Shown piece after piece: positions 14,540 to 30,501 of a DNA stretch of 64,000 bases (positions are counted from its first letter, which is position 1; each line of letters starts with the position of its first letter). The DNA is from the human T2T-CHM13v2.0 reference genome, Homo sapiens: assembly GCF_009914755.1 (NCBI RefSeq), contig NC_060926.1. The stretch is one strand, 5' to 3'. The translations under genes were made by a program, and so were the position numbers. A model generated the notes under the pieces. The model ran no database searches and was not told where the DNA came from. It saw only the letters and a list, made by a program, of their open reading frames with translations.

Positions 14540-14829
14540 TCCAAGGTCATTTGAAAGCTGGGAGTTTTCTATTCAGAAATAAATTCACATGCTCACACAT
14601 ACTTACAAAGTTTTGCATTCAGTTCAGGGGAGGCACTGGCTCCAGCTTGAGAATCCCTCACCCACCTGCATATCAGTGACTCCCAGCTCCCCACCCTCCA
14701 CAGGACTCCCCCCCCAGGACCCCCAAACAGACTGCAGGCCTCTATAAGGACGGTGAGGGCCATTGCTCTCCACGGAATCCCCGGCACCTACATTGTAAGA
14801 ACTCAACGCACATTCGCTAAATGATGAAA

Positions 14830-15050
14830 GAAGAACTTTAAAATGTAAAAATGCATAAAATATACTTTAAATACAGAGGAAAGTTTGAAAAAACACCATA
14901 TAAGGTATGACCTTAACGATGAAAGAATGTACTTGGAAAAAAATTGGAAGCAAACACATCAAAATTTACAAGTAGGATATTTTCAGAGGGTAAAATTAAA
15001 GGTGATTTTTATTTTATTCTTCAAACTTTATTTTGTAATTTTAAGAAAAA
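14830..15050 (+). mobile_element. Old L1 (L1ME/MC) 3' fragment
   Basis: 'tggaagcaaacacatcaaaattt...gggtaaaattaaaggtgatttttattttattctt'. Confidence 0.5.
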
Positions 15051-17052
15051 GCAGAGGCAGGAGTATAGTTTAGTGAGCTTTTGTCCTGTGAGCTATTGTG
15101 AAGCATGAAAGTGCAAATCCCGGGTCTCCCCATTGTCCTCTGCATCCCCCTTCCCCTCTTTCTTATAGAACAAGTCCTAATACTCTAAGCTCTGCTCTCT
15201 CCCCTTGAGGGTTATGAAAGGCTTTTAAATTTAAGGGTCCCAAACTGAAGCGTCCAGGCACTCCAAAGTTACCTGCCTTCTTTGGGAAACCCAGGCCCAT
15301 TAAAGCAGGTGATCAAGCTGAGGTGGGGGCAGAGAGGTGGGAGGGATGGAAGCAGACAATTGATAGTGCAGGATAGCTTTCGCCCAGGAGTTTGGGGGTT
15401 TCCACAAGAGGCAGACCCATACTCCTTTTGGCTGTGGTCTCCCCAGAGAGCCAGGACCCTGAGAAATGCAGCCGTGAGGCAGCAGGGGACTGAGACCCAG
15501 GAGCCCCGCACTGGGGCGCCTCCAAGCCCTGCATGCTGCACCCGAAGCACAGTGTGAACTGTGGAGCCTGCTGAGAGAGCTTTCTGGCCCTGGCCCTGGC
15601 TCTGGCTCTGGCCCCAGCAACTCTGGGATGTTCATAGGCGCTCCCAGACAGGAGCAGGGAGCTCCAATGATAACTGAGGAGACACAGCTCAAACAGCCTG
15701 ACTTAGTTCAATTTAGAGAAATGAAATAAAACAAAACGATGGTTTCTGTGCCCGAGGGCTTACAGCGAATTCCTACCCACCACCTGTGTGGGACTATTTG
15801 GCACATTTGGCTAGTAGTGGTCATTTCCTGCCTCTGAAGGAATCGGCCTTTGGATTCTTAGTGCAAAATACCTAAGGCTGAAAGGCACCTTGGAAAGAAG
15901 CTGATCCTGTGATCTGCAAGCCGTGCTCTACAGAGCTGCTTCAAGTCCGCTCAGAAGCGAAAAGAGGCAGAAGGCAGGGCTCCCCTCCACACACCTGGCT
16001 CCCCTCAACCCAGCCAGAGCAATTCTGCTTTTGCGTTTCATTTAATACAGTTCCCTATAAGTCCACTGACTACAAGACTGTGGGGTTGTAAACTGTAGGG
16101 AAAACACTGGCCTCATGGAGGCCCAGGAGGGAAAGTTAGTCCTTGCCCTGGGGAAATACTGCAGGGCCTGGACTAGAAGCCAGAACTCTTGACCCTCAAT
16201 CCGGGGCTCGTTTCACCTTTGCCGTTTTCTCCCATAAGGATGGGATAGAAGGTATAAGGAGTGTGTCTTTGTGCAATGGGGATCAGCTCGGCTATTTCTG
16301 TGACCATAAAATTGCCTAACCCTTTATATCTCTCCTGGCTCAGAAGCAAGTACAAAGTCTCTGGCAAAGAGAAGGGCATTTTGGCAGATTTCCACAGATA
16401 CATTTATGTTCAAAGAATGGTAAAGCATTACATTTGTAACAGTGATCAAAAGACACACACACTCACCCTTTCACAAATATCCAGCCCCAGGGCCAACCAT
16501 TGGCATGCAAACCAGCACCAGCGCCCTTTCCCAGTGGTGCAGGAGAGGCCTGCTATCCGCCCATTGCAATGGCAGGCCCATCGACTGCCTTGTTCAGCCT
16601 CCACCCCACTCCGGTCTAGTCCACCAAGGCTAGAAAATCAAAAACAGGACCATCCACACATCCTCACAGCAAGGGCTCCAGACACGGTTGAAGTTTACCA
16701 ATCAGACACACTGCCACAGACTTTGCGTTAGACCTGAACCCCACGAGAAGAGAGGCAAAGCGTTCACTGGCTGGAGTACTAAGGCCAGTCGCTGTAGTGG
16801 CAGCTTCTCAGTTCACTCAGGGGTTTCCTGATCTGGCAACAGGAAAGGAAAGTGGCAGGTTTCCATACTGTTTTGCAGTGATAGCCACAGACTTCATCTC
16901 AGCACAGTGATTCCACGGGCTGAACATTTTTCCTGGGAAACGGATGGAGGTTCTTCTTCTACGGCCCCATCAACCATTCTGTTTTTTGGGTTCTTTTGTT
17001 TTGTTGAGGCAGGGTCTCGCTCTGTTGCCCATACTGGAGTGTAGTGGCACAG

Positions 17053-17890
17053 TTAAAACAGGAAAAGTTCCCTTGTCCCTCTTGCAGGGTGTGAGATGGG
17101 GAAGTGGCTCGCTTCTTAAGTGTCCAGCTGCTCAAACCTCTAGGGGAGCATACAGATGGGCAGGTTGTGGGGCTCTGACCCCATGGCAGTGTCTAGGGGT
17201 GAATGTTTACAGCCGAAGCCCCAGCGGGAGTTACAGCGTGCTCTTTTAGTTTTGCTCTTTTCGTTTTGCCGTCTATAGGCGGCTTGTGTTAACCAGCTCA
17301 ATTAGACCCTCGCCTTATGGCAAGGACAGAGGGCTTTCTGTATCCCGGGGTTATTGCCTTGATGTACCAGAAAACTCGGATCACAAGTGGGCTTGGAGAA
17401 TGAGTGCCAGGTTTTATTGAGTGGAAGTAGTAGACGGGGAAAGTCAGAAGGGGATGGAGTGGGAAGGTTTTCCCCTGGAGTCGGGCTCTCCTCCAACCTC
17501 TCTAGCCAAACTCCACGCCATTCAGCCAGTCAATGGCCCGCCGGCTTGCAGGTGTGCTCCGACGCCGATGCATTCCTCTCGACGTCCAGCCGCCAGTGTG
17601 TTCCTCCGCTGATGTGCTCCTCCCGACGGCCAGCCGCTTCTGTCCCTGCTTTGCTAGGGTCTTGGGTTTTTACAGGCACAGGATGGGGGTGTGGCAGGCC
17701 AGGGGAGGTCTTGGGAAAGAAATGCAACATTTGGGCAGGAAAACAAAAATGTCTGTCCTCACCCAGGTCCGTGGGAGTGGAGTCCTAGCCAGGGACCACA
17801 CCCTATCCTAATCCTACCCAGCACTTCCCCTCCCCACTTCTTTATCATTTGAAGGGACCACGCTGTTCCCTTCCCAGCACTTCCGTATCA
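17053..17890 (-). mobile_element. Solo ERV1 LTR, LTR1 family (HUERS-P2-like; subfamily uncertain)
   Basis: Minus strand starts TGATACGGAAGTGCTGGGAAGGG and ends ...GGACAAGGGAACTTTTCCTGTTT; AATAAA present (plus-strand ttttatt ~17413); CpG-rich. Confidence 0.8.
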
Positions 17891-18003
17891 CAATATCACA
17901 ATCACAGCTCACTACGGCTTTGACCTCCCTGGCTCACGCAATCCTCCCACCTCAGCCCCCCAAATAGCTGGGACTATAGTTTTGCACTACCACATGTAGC
18001 TAA

Positions 18004-18308
<305 letters not shown>

Positions 18309-18519
18309 TTTAATTTTTTTGTAGATACCGAGGTCTCGTTCTGTTGCCCAGGCTTGTCTTGAACTCCTGGGCTCAAGTGATCCTCCCACCACAGCTTCCC
18401 AAGGGTTAGGATTACAGGCGTGAGCCACTGGGCCTGGTCCCAGCTGTAAGCACCTAATTCCCTGTATTAAAAATATCTGTGCTTAGCCCAGCTAGTTGGA
18501 TTCTGCTGCCTGCAACTTA

Positions 18520-20030
<1,511 letters not shown>

Positions 20031-20163
20031 CTAAATGGTGCTGAACCACCAGAATGGCCACATCGAAAAAGACTCACTGACACATCAAGTGTGGATAAGG
20101 AAGGGAACAACGGCTTCTGGGGTATGAATTGGCACAACCACTGGAGCACACACAGTCAATTAT

Positions 20164-20525
20164 TGTCTTTGTCAGCTGTGGCTGCTGTAGCAAAATACCA
20201 AAATTGGGTGACTTAAACAACAACCTTTTATTTCTCCCAGTCTTGGAGGCTAGAAGCCCAAGACTAAGGTGGTGCCTGTTGTGGACCCACTTCCTGGTAC
20301 ATAGGAGGTCGTCTTCTCGCTGTGTCCTCTCATGGCAGAGAGAGGAGGCAAGCACTCTTGGGACTCCTAGAAGGGCACTAATTGCATTCATGGGACTCCA
20401 CCCTCATGACCTCATCTAATTTTTATTACCTCCCAAAGATCCCACCTCTTACTTAATACCATCCCGTTGGAAGGTAGGGTTTCAACATATGAATTGTGAA
20501 GCGCAAAATCACTCAGTCCACAGCA
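20164..20525 (-). mobile_element. MLT1A-like MaLR solo LTR
   Basis: 'ggctgctgtagcaaaatacca...tttctcccagtcttggaggctagaag...gggtttcaacatatgaatt...tcagtccacagca'. Confidence 0.85.
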
Positions 20526-20624
20526 GTTCTCACCCAGAACCTTCAACCCCTTTTCAGCATGCCTCTCCCCAGTTTCACGGTGCTCTTACCCCCAGCTGCC
20601 CATCTCAAAAAAAAAAAAAAAGAC

Positions 20625-21295
20625 AGTAACTTTGGAAAACTGCTTGGCAGTGTGTATAAAAGCCGAATCTATGCATCCGTTGCAACCACAGTTCCACTCC
20701 TAGGTACACACAGCAGAATGTGTATGTAAGCTTACCAACAAACATGTACCAAAATATTTATAGCAGCATTATTCTTAATAATCCCACACTGAAAACAGCC
20801 CACATGTTCATCAAATTGTCCAAATGGGTAAATGAAATGCCTTGTACTCTCAGAATGGAATACCACACTGCAATAAGAATGGGCGAACTAAACTACTGCC
20901 AACAATGTGGATGACTCTGATGGATCTAATGTTGCAAGGAAGAAACAGACACAAAGCGGGCCTACGGTCTGACTCTGTTTATATAAAGTGCAGACAGACT
21001 AAACCAATCTATGAGGTCAACTTCATTTTTTTTTCACATGGCTACTCAATTGTCCCAGTACCATTTATTGAATAATACACCTTTGCTATGCTGATTTGAA
21101 ATCAAGACAGTGGCTGCTGCCCTTGTCAGAGGTGAGGGTTGGTGACTAGAGAAGGCACAGGGTGACATTTAGGGTTATGGAGGATGGGTGCCTGCATGCT
21201 TCCAGTTTACGAGAACTAATTAAGCTCTACAGTTAGGATTTGTATATTTTTCTGTTAAGTATATTACTCATCAATACATTTTTAATTAGAAAATG
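20625..21295 (+). mobile_element. L1ME-like 3' end
   Basis: 'actttggaaaactgcttggcag...ttccactcctaggtac...atagcagcattattc...acaatgtggatgactct'. Confidence 0.75.
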
Positions 21296-21299
21296 ATGA

Positions 21300-21965
21300 G
21301 GCATTGAACTTTACCCATTTTATTCTGCATATATTGACAAAATTTTATTGAGTTTTTTTAATGTTGGACCATCCTTATCCTCTTGAGATAAACCTTCTTT
21401 GAGCGTGTTAAATGAACTTGTTAATGCTTTTTGCATTTGTCCATTATTTTTATCTCTATTCTAAAAAGTGAAAAGAGCCTATGATTTTCTTGTTTTATTC
21501 TTATACAGTTTTGGAATAGTGGTTAAACTATGAGCTGGGTAATTTGATATCCTTTTCTGCTTCCTGGAATAACTAGAATAAGATAAGAAATATCTCTTTA
21601 TTGATAGTTTAGTAGAACTCACAGATTATCTGGATTCGGGTCTTTTTTGGTGGAGGAGGAAGGTTAGACTATCCTTTCTATTTGTTCAGTGTCTATTGGA
21701 ATGTAAGCATTTTCTATTTCTTCTTCCCTCTATTATAACACTTTCTAATCTTCGAAAAATGTGTCCATTTTGCCAGAGTGTTCAAATGTATTAGCATAGT
21801 TTCTCCGTGTAATTTCATGGTTTTATTTTTTTCCCTGTTTTAACACTCTCATCCATCTGGAATTTATTTTGAGGTAAGGTGAAATTGTGGTTCTAGTTTT
21901 AATTTTTTTTCACGTGATTACCCAGTTGTCCCTGAATCACTTATTGGATAAGACCCTTTTTCCTC
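21300..21965 (-). mobile_element. Old L1M fragments
   Basis: T-rich; 'tttagtagaactcac', 'atccatctggaatttattttg', 'cccagttgtccc...ttattg'. Confidence 0.6.
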
Positions 21966-23199
21966 TGGGAAGCTGCTTGATGTCAGGGCAAGAGCAACGA
22001 GTGACAGTTCCATGGCTCACTAGATCAGTGGACTAAGAGGTGCTGAGACAGACAGAAAAGGTGTGAGCCCCCTTGCTATTTCCTCCACCGAGAAGATAGA
22101 ACAAAAGAAGAATCAAACAAATGTGAGGCTAAGCACACCCAGACGGACCCCCTGCTGGCCTGTCTCCTGATAGAGGGACCCACTGGGGAATGAGTCATTG
22201 AGAATCAATCACACAGCCGGAAGCTCAACAGAGGCCGATATTGTGGTACTTAGGAAATGAGGTTGTAAGAACAACAGAGCTGGTACCCCTCTGTTTTCTC
22301 CCTCTGCATTTTATTCTTCCATGTCATAAAAAATGAGCAGGCGATTTCCCCAAAGTCAGAAATCACCTGTGACTTACTTTTCAAAGACGCTGGCTTGAAG
22401 CTATGCTGGGAAAAATCCCCAAGGTTCCAGGTAGGAGGTACTCGCCTTCCTTGGCAGCAGGGAGAGAACAGGTCCCTGTCTCAGGGATGCAGGGCCAGAG
22501 GGAGCTCCCTGAGAGAAGCCTCCAGTTAAGCCTTCCCCGGGCTTGGGCAGAGTAGGGCATATAAAGGAACCCATATGTCAAATCCAGAAATGCCTGGGTT
22601 GCTTTTTCAGCACTGACAGTGGACAGCAGAGGAAGAGAAGGGATGAGATTATTCACTCTTATTGGACTACCCCGCCCCCACCCCCGTGTGTGTATCCATT
22701 AGGACGCATTTAGTCAGGAAATGTACCCCTTCCAGTGTTCATCAGGACGAAAGGGGAGAAAAAATGAACCTTTAACAACAAACATTTTTCCTTTCAGTCT
22801 AACTGGGCTACTTAGACCACTCCTGGACCAATAACAGACCAAACAAATCCCGTGCCTTGATGGGCTTTAACCTGGCTTTTTAGGCCAGTCACAGGCAAGG
22901 GATAGGACAATCGTGACTGGACGGCTCTTTACCTGGGCCCGCCCTGTGTGCTGTTTACAGAATACACTCAGGAGGGTCACGTTCCTGAACCAAATAGAAA
23001 ATGTTCTGGGAAGGAGTGATGGAGTGACTATATGCTGGAGAAGCAGCCAGCAGCACTCAGGACAGAACTTTTTTGTAACTGTTTAAATGTTACGAATTGT
23101 GGTAAAATACATATAATGTAACATTTACCATTTTAACCATTGTTAATTGTACAGTCTGGTAGCATTAATTACATGCACAATGTTGTGCAAACATTAACG

Positions 23200-23202
23200 T
23201 TT

Positions 23203-23233
<31 letters not shown>

Positions 23234-23515
23234 GAGACCGAGTCTCACTCCATCATCCAAGCTGGAGTGCAGAGACGTGATCTTGGCTCACTGCAACCTC
23301 CACCTCCCTGGTTCAAGCAGTTCTCCTGTTTCAGCCTCCTGAATAGCTGGGATTACAGGCGTGTACTACCATCCCGGCTAATTTTTGTGTTTTTAGTAGA
23401 GACAGGGGTTTCACCATGTTGACCAGGCTGGTCTCTAACTCCTGACTTCAAGTGATCCACCCGCCTCGACCTCCCAAAATGCTGGGATTACAGGTGTGAG
23501 CCACCACGCCTGGCC
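23200..23515 (-). mobile_element. AluSx/Sz-like
   Basis: (TTTA)n tail and full dimer. Confidence 0.95.
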
Positions 23516-23916
23516 TTTATTTCTAAAATTTTTATCACCCACCCCTTCACCCCAGCTCCCCGCCAAAAGAAACTTTTTAACCATGAAGCAATAACTCTCC
23601 ATTCTCCCCCATCCCCTGCCTCTGATAACCTCTAAGCTACTTTCCGTTCCCATGAATTTACCTATTCAAGATATTTCATGTAAGTGGAGTCATCTGACAA
23701 TATGTGTCCTTTTGCATCTGACTTATTTCCCTTAGCATGTTTTCAAGGTTTCATCCCCATTGTAATATGTATCAGAACTTTATTCCTTTTTATGAATAAA
23801 TAATATTCTAAGTAGATAACACACTTAGCTTATACATTCATCTCTTGATGGACATTTAGGTTGTTTCCATCTTTTTTGCCTATTGAGAGTAGTGATGCAA
23901 TGAAAATTGGGGTATA

Positions 23917-24223
<307 letters not shown>

Positions 24224-24676
24224 GAAAATTGGGGTATAGGATCTGAGTTTCTGTCTTCATTTCTTTGGAGTATATATCTTGGAGCAGAATTGCTGAGTCA
24301 TAGAGTAATTCTGTGTTTAGCTTTTTGAGGAACCACCAAATATCCACAGAGGTCTCACCATTTTACATTCCTACCAGCAACGAGCAAGGGCTCCAATTTC
24401 TCTATGTATTCACTAACACTTGTCATTTTCCTTTTGTGTTTCTTTTTTTTTTCCATCATAGCCATCCTAGTGGGTGAGAAGTGGTTTTAATGTGCAATTT
24501 CCTAGTGACGAATGATGTTGAGCAGCTTTGTTTTGTGCTTATTGGTCACTCATGTATCTGCTTGGAGAAGTGCCTATCAAAATCCTTTATTCGTTTTTCC
24601 GAATTTAAAAAAATTAGGGTTGTTGGTATTGTTGTTAAGTTGTAATAGTTCTTCATAAATTCTGAATAGTAAACTC

Positions 24677-25044
24677 TGACAGAAATTCTCTTCTTTGACC
24701 AAAACTTCAGCCAGATTCCTAAGTCCTTTCTGACTAAGCCTGACCTTGCGCTCCCTCTCTGTCCTTGTGGAATCTAGTTTGAGAAAAAGATCCTGCTAAG
24801 TCAGTTTAATCAGAAGCCCCATATACTTGATATTTCCTCTCAATCATTTTCCATCCGCTGACCTCAACCCTGCTCCTTGGTTATAAATTCCCACTTGTCT
24901 TTGCTGGACTCAGAATTGAATCCAGTCTGTCTCTCCCACTGCAAGACCCTGTGGCAGAGCTCTCTGTACTTATCTCCATGGCACCCTTGAATAAAGTCTG
25001 CATTTCCACCTTTAAAAGTATCATACATAATTTTTTCCTTAAAA
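24677..25044 (+). mobile_element. Solo LTR, MER31-like (ERV1), inserted in L1
   Basis: TGACA start; 'ttgaccaaaactt', 'cctgctaagtcagttta', TATAAA and AATAAA; 4-bp TSD actc. Confidence 0.75.
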
Positions 25045-25504
25045 ACTCTGATCAGATATATGATTTGAAAATATTCTCTTTCATTGTGTAGTTTGCCATT
25101 TTACTTTATTGATAATATCCTTTGGTGAACAAAAGTTTTTAATTTTGATGAAAACTAATTAATCCACTTTATCTTTTGTTGCTTATGCTTTTGGTGTTCT
25201 AAGAATTCCTTGCCAATTACACAGTCATGAAGATCTATCCCTGTTTTCTTTTAAGGGCTTTAGCGCTTAGATTTAGATCATTAATATATTTTTTGTTAAT
25301 TTTTCTATATGGTGGGGTATATTTGTATAGGGAAGTAGAAGTCCAACTTCATTATTTTGCATTTTGAAATCTAATTACACCAATACTATTTGTTAAAGAA
25401 ACTATTCTGTTCTCATTGATGAGACTTGCCACTCTTATCAAAATTCAATTGCCCATAGATGTATGAGTTTATTTATTTCTGGGCTCTAAATTATATTCCT
25501 CTAG

Positions 25505-25814
<310 letters not shown>

Positions 25815-27404
25815 TATTATGTCTATTCTTATGCAAGTGCCACATTGTTTTGGTTACTGTAGCTTTGTAATAAGTTTTGAAATTGAGAAGTGTGAAACCT
25901 GTAACTTTGCTCTTCTTTTTCAAGTTTGTTTCGGCTATGCAGAGTCCCATGCAATTCCATATGAATTTGAGGAGTGGCTTTTTTCATTTCTGTAACAACA
26001 ACAAAAAGTCTGATTTTGATAGAGCTTGCATTGAATTTGTAGATTGCTTTTAAGAGTATTGACATCTTAACAATATTGTCTTTCTATCCATAAACATGGA
26101 CTGTCTTTCCATTTATTTAGATCTTCTTTAATTTCTTTAAGCAATGTTTTATAATTTTCAGTGTACAAGTTTTTCACTTCCTTAGTTGAATTTATTCCTA
26201 AGTATTTTATTCTTTTAGATGCTATTTTATATAAAATTGTTTCCTCATTTCCTTTTTGAATTGTTTATTGCTGGTGGACAGAAACAACTGATCCTTATGG
26301 GCTGAGCTTGTGCCTAGATACTTAGGTGTTTTCTACATATATGACCATATTATCTGTGAATAGAAACAGTTTTCCTTCTTTCTTCCCGACTTGAATGTCT
26401 TTTATTTCTTTTTCTTGTCTAATTCTCTGGCTAGAACTTCCAGTACAGTGCTGAATAGCAGTGGTAAAATTGAGCATCCCTGTCTTGTTTCTGATCTTAT
26501 GGAGAAAGCTTTTAGTCTTTCACCATTGAGTATGATGCTATCTGTGGGTTTTTAATAAATATCATTTAAAATATTAACAAGTTTTCTTCTCTTCTTAATT
26601 TTCTGAGTGTTTTTATAGTGAAAGGAGACTGGATTTTCTCAGATTACTTTTCTGTATCAACTGAGATAGTCACATATTGTTTTTTCCTTTTTGCTATCCA
26701 TATGATGTATTACACTGATCGTTTTTCTTATGTTGAACCACCCTTGCATTCCTCAGATAAATCCCACTTAAACATGGTGTATAATCATTTTAATATGCTG
26801 TTAGGTTCACTTTGCTATTACTTTATTTATGCTTTTTCATCTATATTAATAGTGTATATTGGTCTATAACTTTCATGTCATTTGATGTCTTTATCTGACT
26901 TTAGTGTCAGGGTAATGCTGTTTTCATAGAATCAAGTAGGAAGTGCTACCTCCTCATCTATGTTTTGGAAGCATTTTCAAATGATTAGTATTAATTCATT
27001 CCTCTTTGGTAGAACTCACAAGAGAAGCCAACAGGTCCTCGGATTTCTTTGTTGGGAGGTTTTTTATTACCTATTCAAACTCTTGTTATAAGTCTGTCCA
27101 GAATTTATATTTTTTCTTGAGTCAAATTTTGTAATTTTGTATGTTTCTAGGAATTTTTCCCTTTCAACTAGGTTATCTCATTTGTATACAGTTGTGCATA
27201 GTACTCTTTTATTTCTTTTTTATTAAGATCAGTAATAATGTCCCCACTCTCATTTTCTATTTTAGTTGTGTCCTCTCTCTCTCTCTGTCTGTCTGTCTCC
27301 CTCTCTCCCTCCCTCCTCTCTCATCTTGCTGGAAGTTTGTTGTTTTATTGTTCTTTCAAAGAACCAACAGTTGATTTCATTGATCATTTATATTGCTTTT
27401 TATT

Positions 27405-27547
27405 CTCTCTCTCTCTCTCTCTCTTTAAGTAGAGATGGGGTTTCACCATGTTGGCCAGGCTGGTCTCAAATTTCTGGCCTCAAGTGATCCATCCCCCTGG
27501 ACTTCCCAAAGTGCTGGGATTACAGGCATGAGCCACCACACCCAGCC
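27405..27547 (-). mobile_element. Alu left monomer only, with (CT)n at the tail position
   Basis: agtagagatggggtttcaccatg...gagccaccacacccagcc; no right arm. Confidence 0.85.
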
Positions 27548-28678
27548 TATTCCCTATGTCTATAATCTGTGCTTGAATATCTAGTATTTCTTTTCTTCTA
27601 CTAGCTTTGACTTTAGTTTGGTTTTTTAGTCCCTCAAAGTGTAAAGTTAGGTTACGGACTTTTTTTATCTTTCTTCTTTGTTAATGGGAAGTTTCCCTCT
27701 GAGCGCTGCTTTTGCTGCATCCCATAATTTTGGTATGTTTTGTTTTCTTTTGCTTAGGTTTTGGATTTGAGATTTTTCTTCTTTTTCAATGGGAATTTAC
27801 AGTTGTAAGTTTCCCTTTAAGCACTGCTGTTGCTGCATCCCATAATTTTTGTGTGTTTTGCTTTTCTTTACATTTATCTCTAAGTTTTTTTATTTTCTCA
27901 GTGATTTATTATTTGATCCATTGGTTATTTAAAAGTGTATTGTTTAATTTCCACATGTCTATGAACTTTCCAATATTCCTTCTTTTACTGATTTCTATCT
28001 TTATGCCATTGTTGTCTGAAAAGATACTTTGTGTGATTTTAATTTTTTTTTATTTATTGAGACTCATTTTGTGGCCTTACGTGTGGTCTCTTCTGGAAAA
28101 TGTTCCATGTACACTTGAGATGAATGTATATTCTGCTGTTTGGGAATGGAAGGTTCTATATTTATCTGTAGGTCTAATTAGCTTATAATGTTTTTCAAGC
28201 CCTCTGTTTTCCTTCTGCTCTTCTCTCTAGATGTTCTATCCACAACTGAAAATAGTAGAAGTTTCCAACTCTCATTTTAGGACTGTTTATCCCTTTGAGT
28301 CTGTCAGTGTTTACTTCCTATATTTTGGGGCTTTTTTGTTTGATTCATATATGTTTATAACTGTTATGCTTTTTAATGAATTTTGCCTTTTGTTGTTATA
28401 TAATACTCTTTTTTGTCTCTTGTAGAAGTTTCTGACTTAAAGCCTATTTTGCCTAATATTAATATAGACATCCACCTCCCTTTGAGTTACTATTTGAATA
28501 AAATATCTTTTTCCATCTTTTACTTTCAGCCTACTTATGTCCTTAGAACTAAAGTGAATCTCTTGTAGATAGCATATAGCTAGATTATGTTTTTCAAACT
28601 ACCCTGACAGTCTCTTTTGACTGGATAGTTTAATCCATTTAAAATTAAAATCACTGATGATTAGGAAGGGCTTACTTC

Positions 28679-28967
28679 GGCCAGGCACGGTGGCTCATGC
28701 CTGTAATCCCAGGACTTGGGAGGCGGAGGCGGGCAGATCATGGGGTCGGGTTCGAGACCAGCCTGACCAACATAGTGAAACCCCATCTCTATTAAAAAAT
28801 ACAAAAACTAGCCAGGCATGGTGGCACATGCCTGTAATCGCAGCTACTCAGGGGGGCTGAAGCAGGAGAATCACTTGAACCCAGGTGGCAGAGGTTGCAG
28901 TGAGCTGAGATCGCACCACTGCACTCCTGCCTGGGCAATAAAGCAAGACACCATCTCAAAAAAAAAA
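28679..28967 (+). mobile_element. AluS (Sg-like)
   Basis: Dimer with poly(A); degenerate TSD ending cttacttc. Confidence 0.93.
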
Positions 28968-29360
28968 GGGAGGACTTACTTCTACCATTTTCTATTTGTT
29001 TTCTGTATGTCTTATGTATTTTTTGCCTCTCATTTCCTATATTACTGCTTATTTTGTGTTTGGTTGACTTTTTTGTGAAATAATTTGAATCTATTCTTAT
29101 TTCCTTCTGTGTGTTTTTTAAATATTTTCTTTGTGATTTCCATCATGACCATATTTAACAACCTAAATTTGTAACAGTCTAATTGAATTTATAGCAACTT
29201 AACTTTAATAGCATACAAATACTCTCCTCCTATACATGTTGTTGTTGTCACAAATTAAATTTATATATTAGGTGCCCAAGAATGTAGATTTTTAATTAGT
29301 TTCTATGCATTTGTGCTTTAAAGGATATAGGAAATGAAAAGTGGATTTACAAACTAATAA

Positions 29361-29766
<406 letters not shown>

Positions 29767-30147
29767 TAGTGTCATTTCTTTTCAACCCAGAGGAGTCCCC
29801 TTGGCTTTTTTTGTGGAACAGGCCTAGTGGTAAAAAAAAAACAATAACAACAAAACTTCAGCTTTATCTTTTTATCTGGGAAAGTCTTAATTGTTGTTTA
29901 TGGAAGGTTTTGCTGTATTTAGAATTCTCAGTTGACATATTTTTTTTCTTTCAGCACTTTGAATATATCATTCCACTCCCTTTGGCATCCATGGTTTCTG
30001 ATGAGAAATTGGATGTTAATTTTATTGAAGATTACTTGTATAGGATAAGTCACTACTCTCCTGCTGCTTTCAAGACTCTTTGACTTTCAACAGTTTGATT
30101 ATAATATGTCTCAGTGTGAGTTCCTTGGAGTTTTTCTTTTTTTTTTT

Positions 30148-30316
30148 TTATAAACAATAGAAATTTATTTCTCACAGTTCACATTTAGGAAGTCCCATGT
30201 CAAGAGGCTAACAGATTTGGTGTCTAGTTTGGTGCCCTAGTGAGGGTTTGCTCTTCTGGTTCATAGATGGTGCTTTCTTGTTGTGTCCTCACATGATGGA
30301 TAGCACAAACAAGCTA
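30148..30316 (-). mobile_element. MaLR (MLT1A/MST-like) LTR fragment
   Basis: 'tataaacaatagaaatttatttctcacagttc...ggttcatagatggtgctttcttgttgtgtcctcacatg'. Confidence 0.75.
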
Positions 30317-30461
30317 CAAGTTTTCCTTGCAGTTTGTTGAGCTTTTAGAATATATAGATGCATGTCTTTCAGCAGACTTGGGAAGTTTTTGGCCATTATT
30401 TCTTTAAATATTCTTTCTGCTCCTTTATTTTTGTCATCTCTGTCTAGGACTTCGGTAAAAT

Positions 30462-30501
30462 ACACACACACACGCACACACACACACACACATACACATA
30501 C
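30462..30501. repeat. (CA)n microsatellite
   Basis: acacacacacacgcacacacacacacacacatacacatac. Confidence 0.95.
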
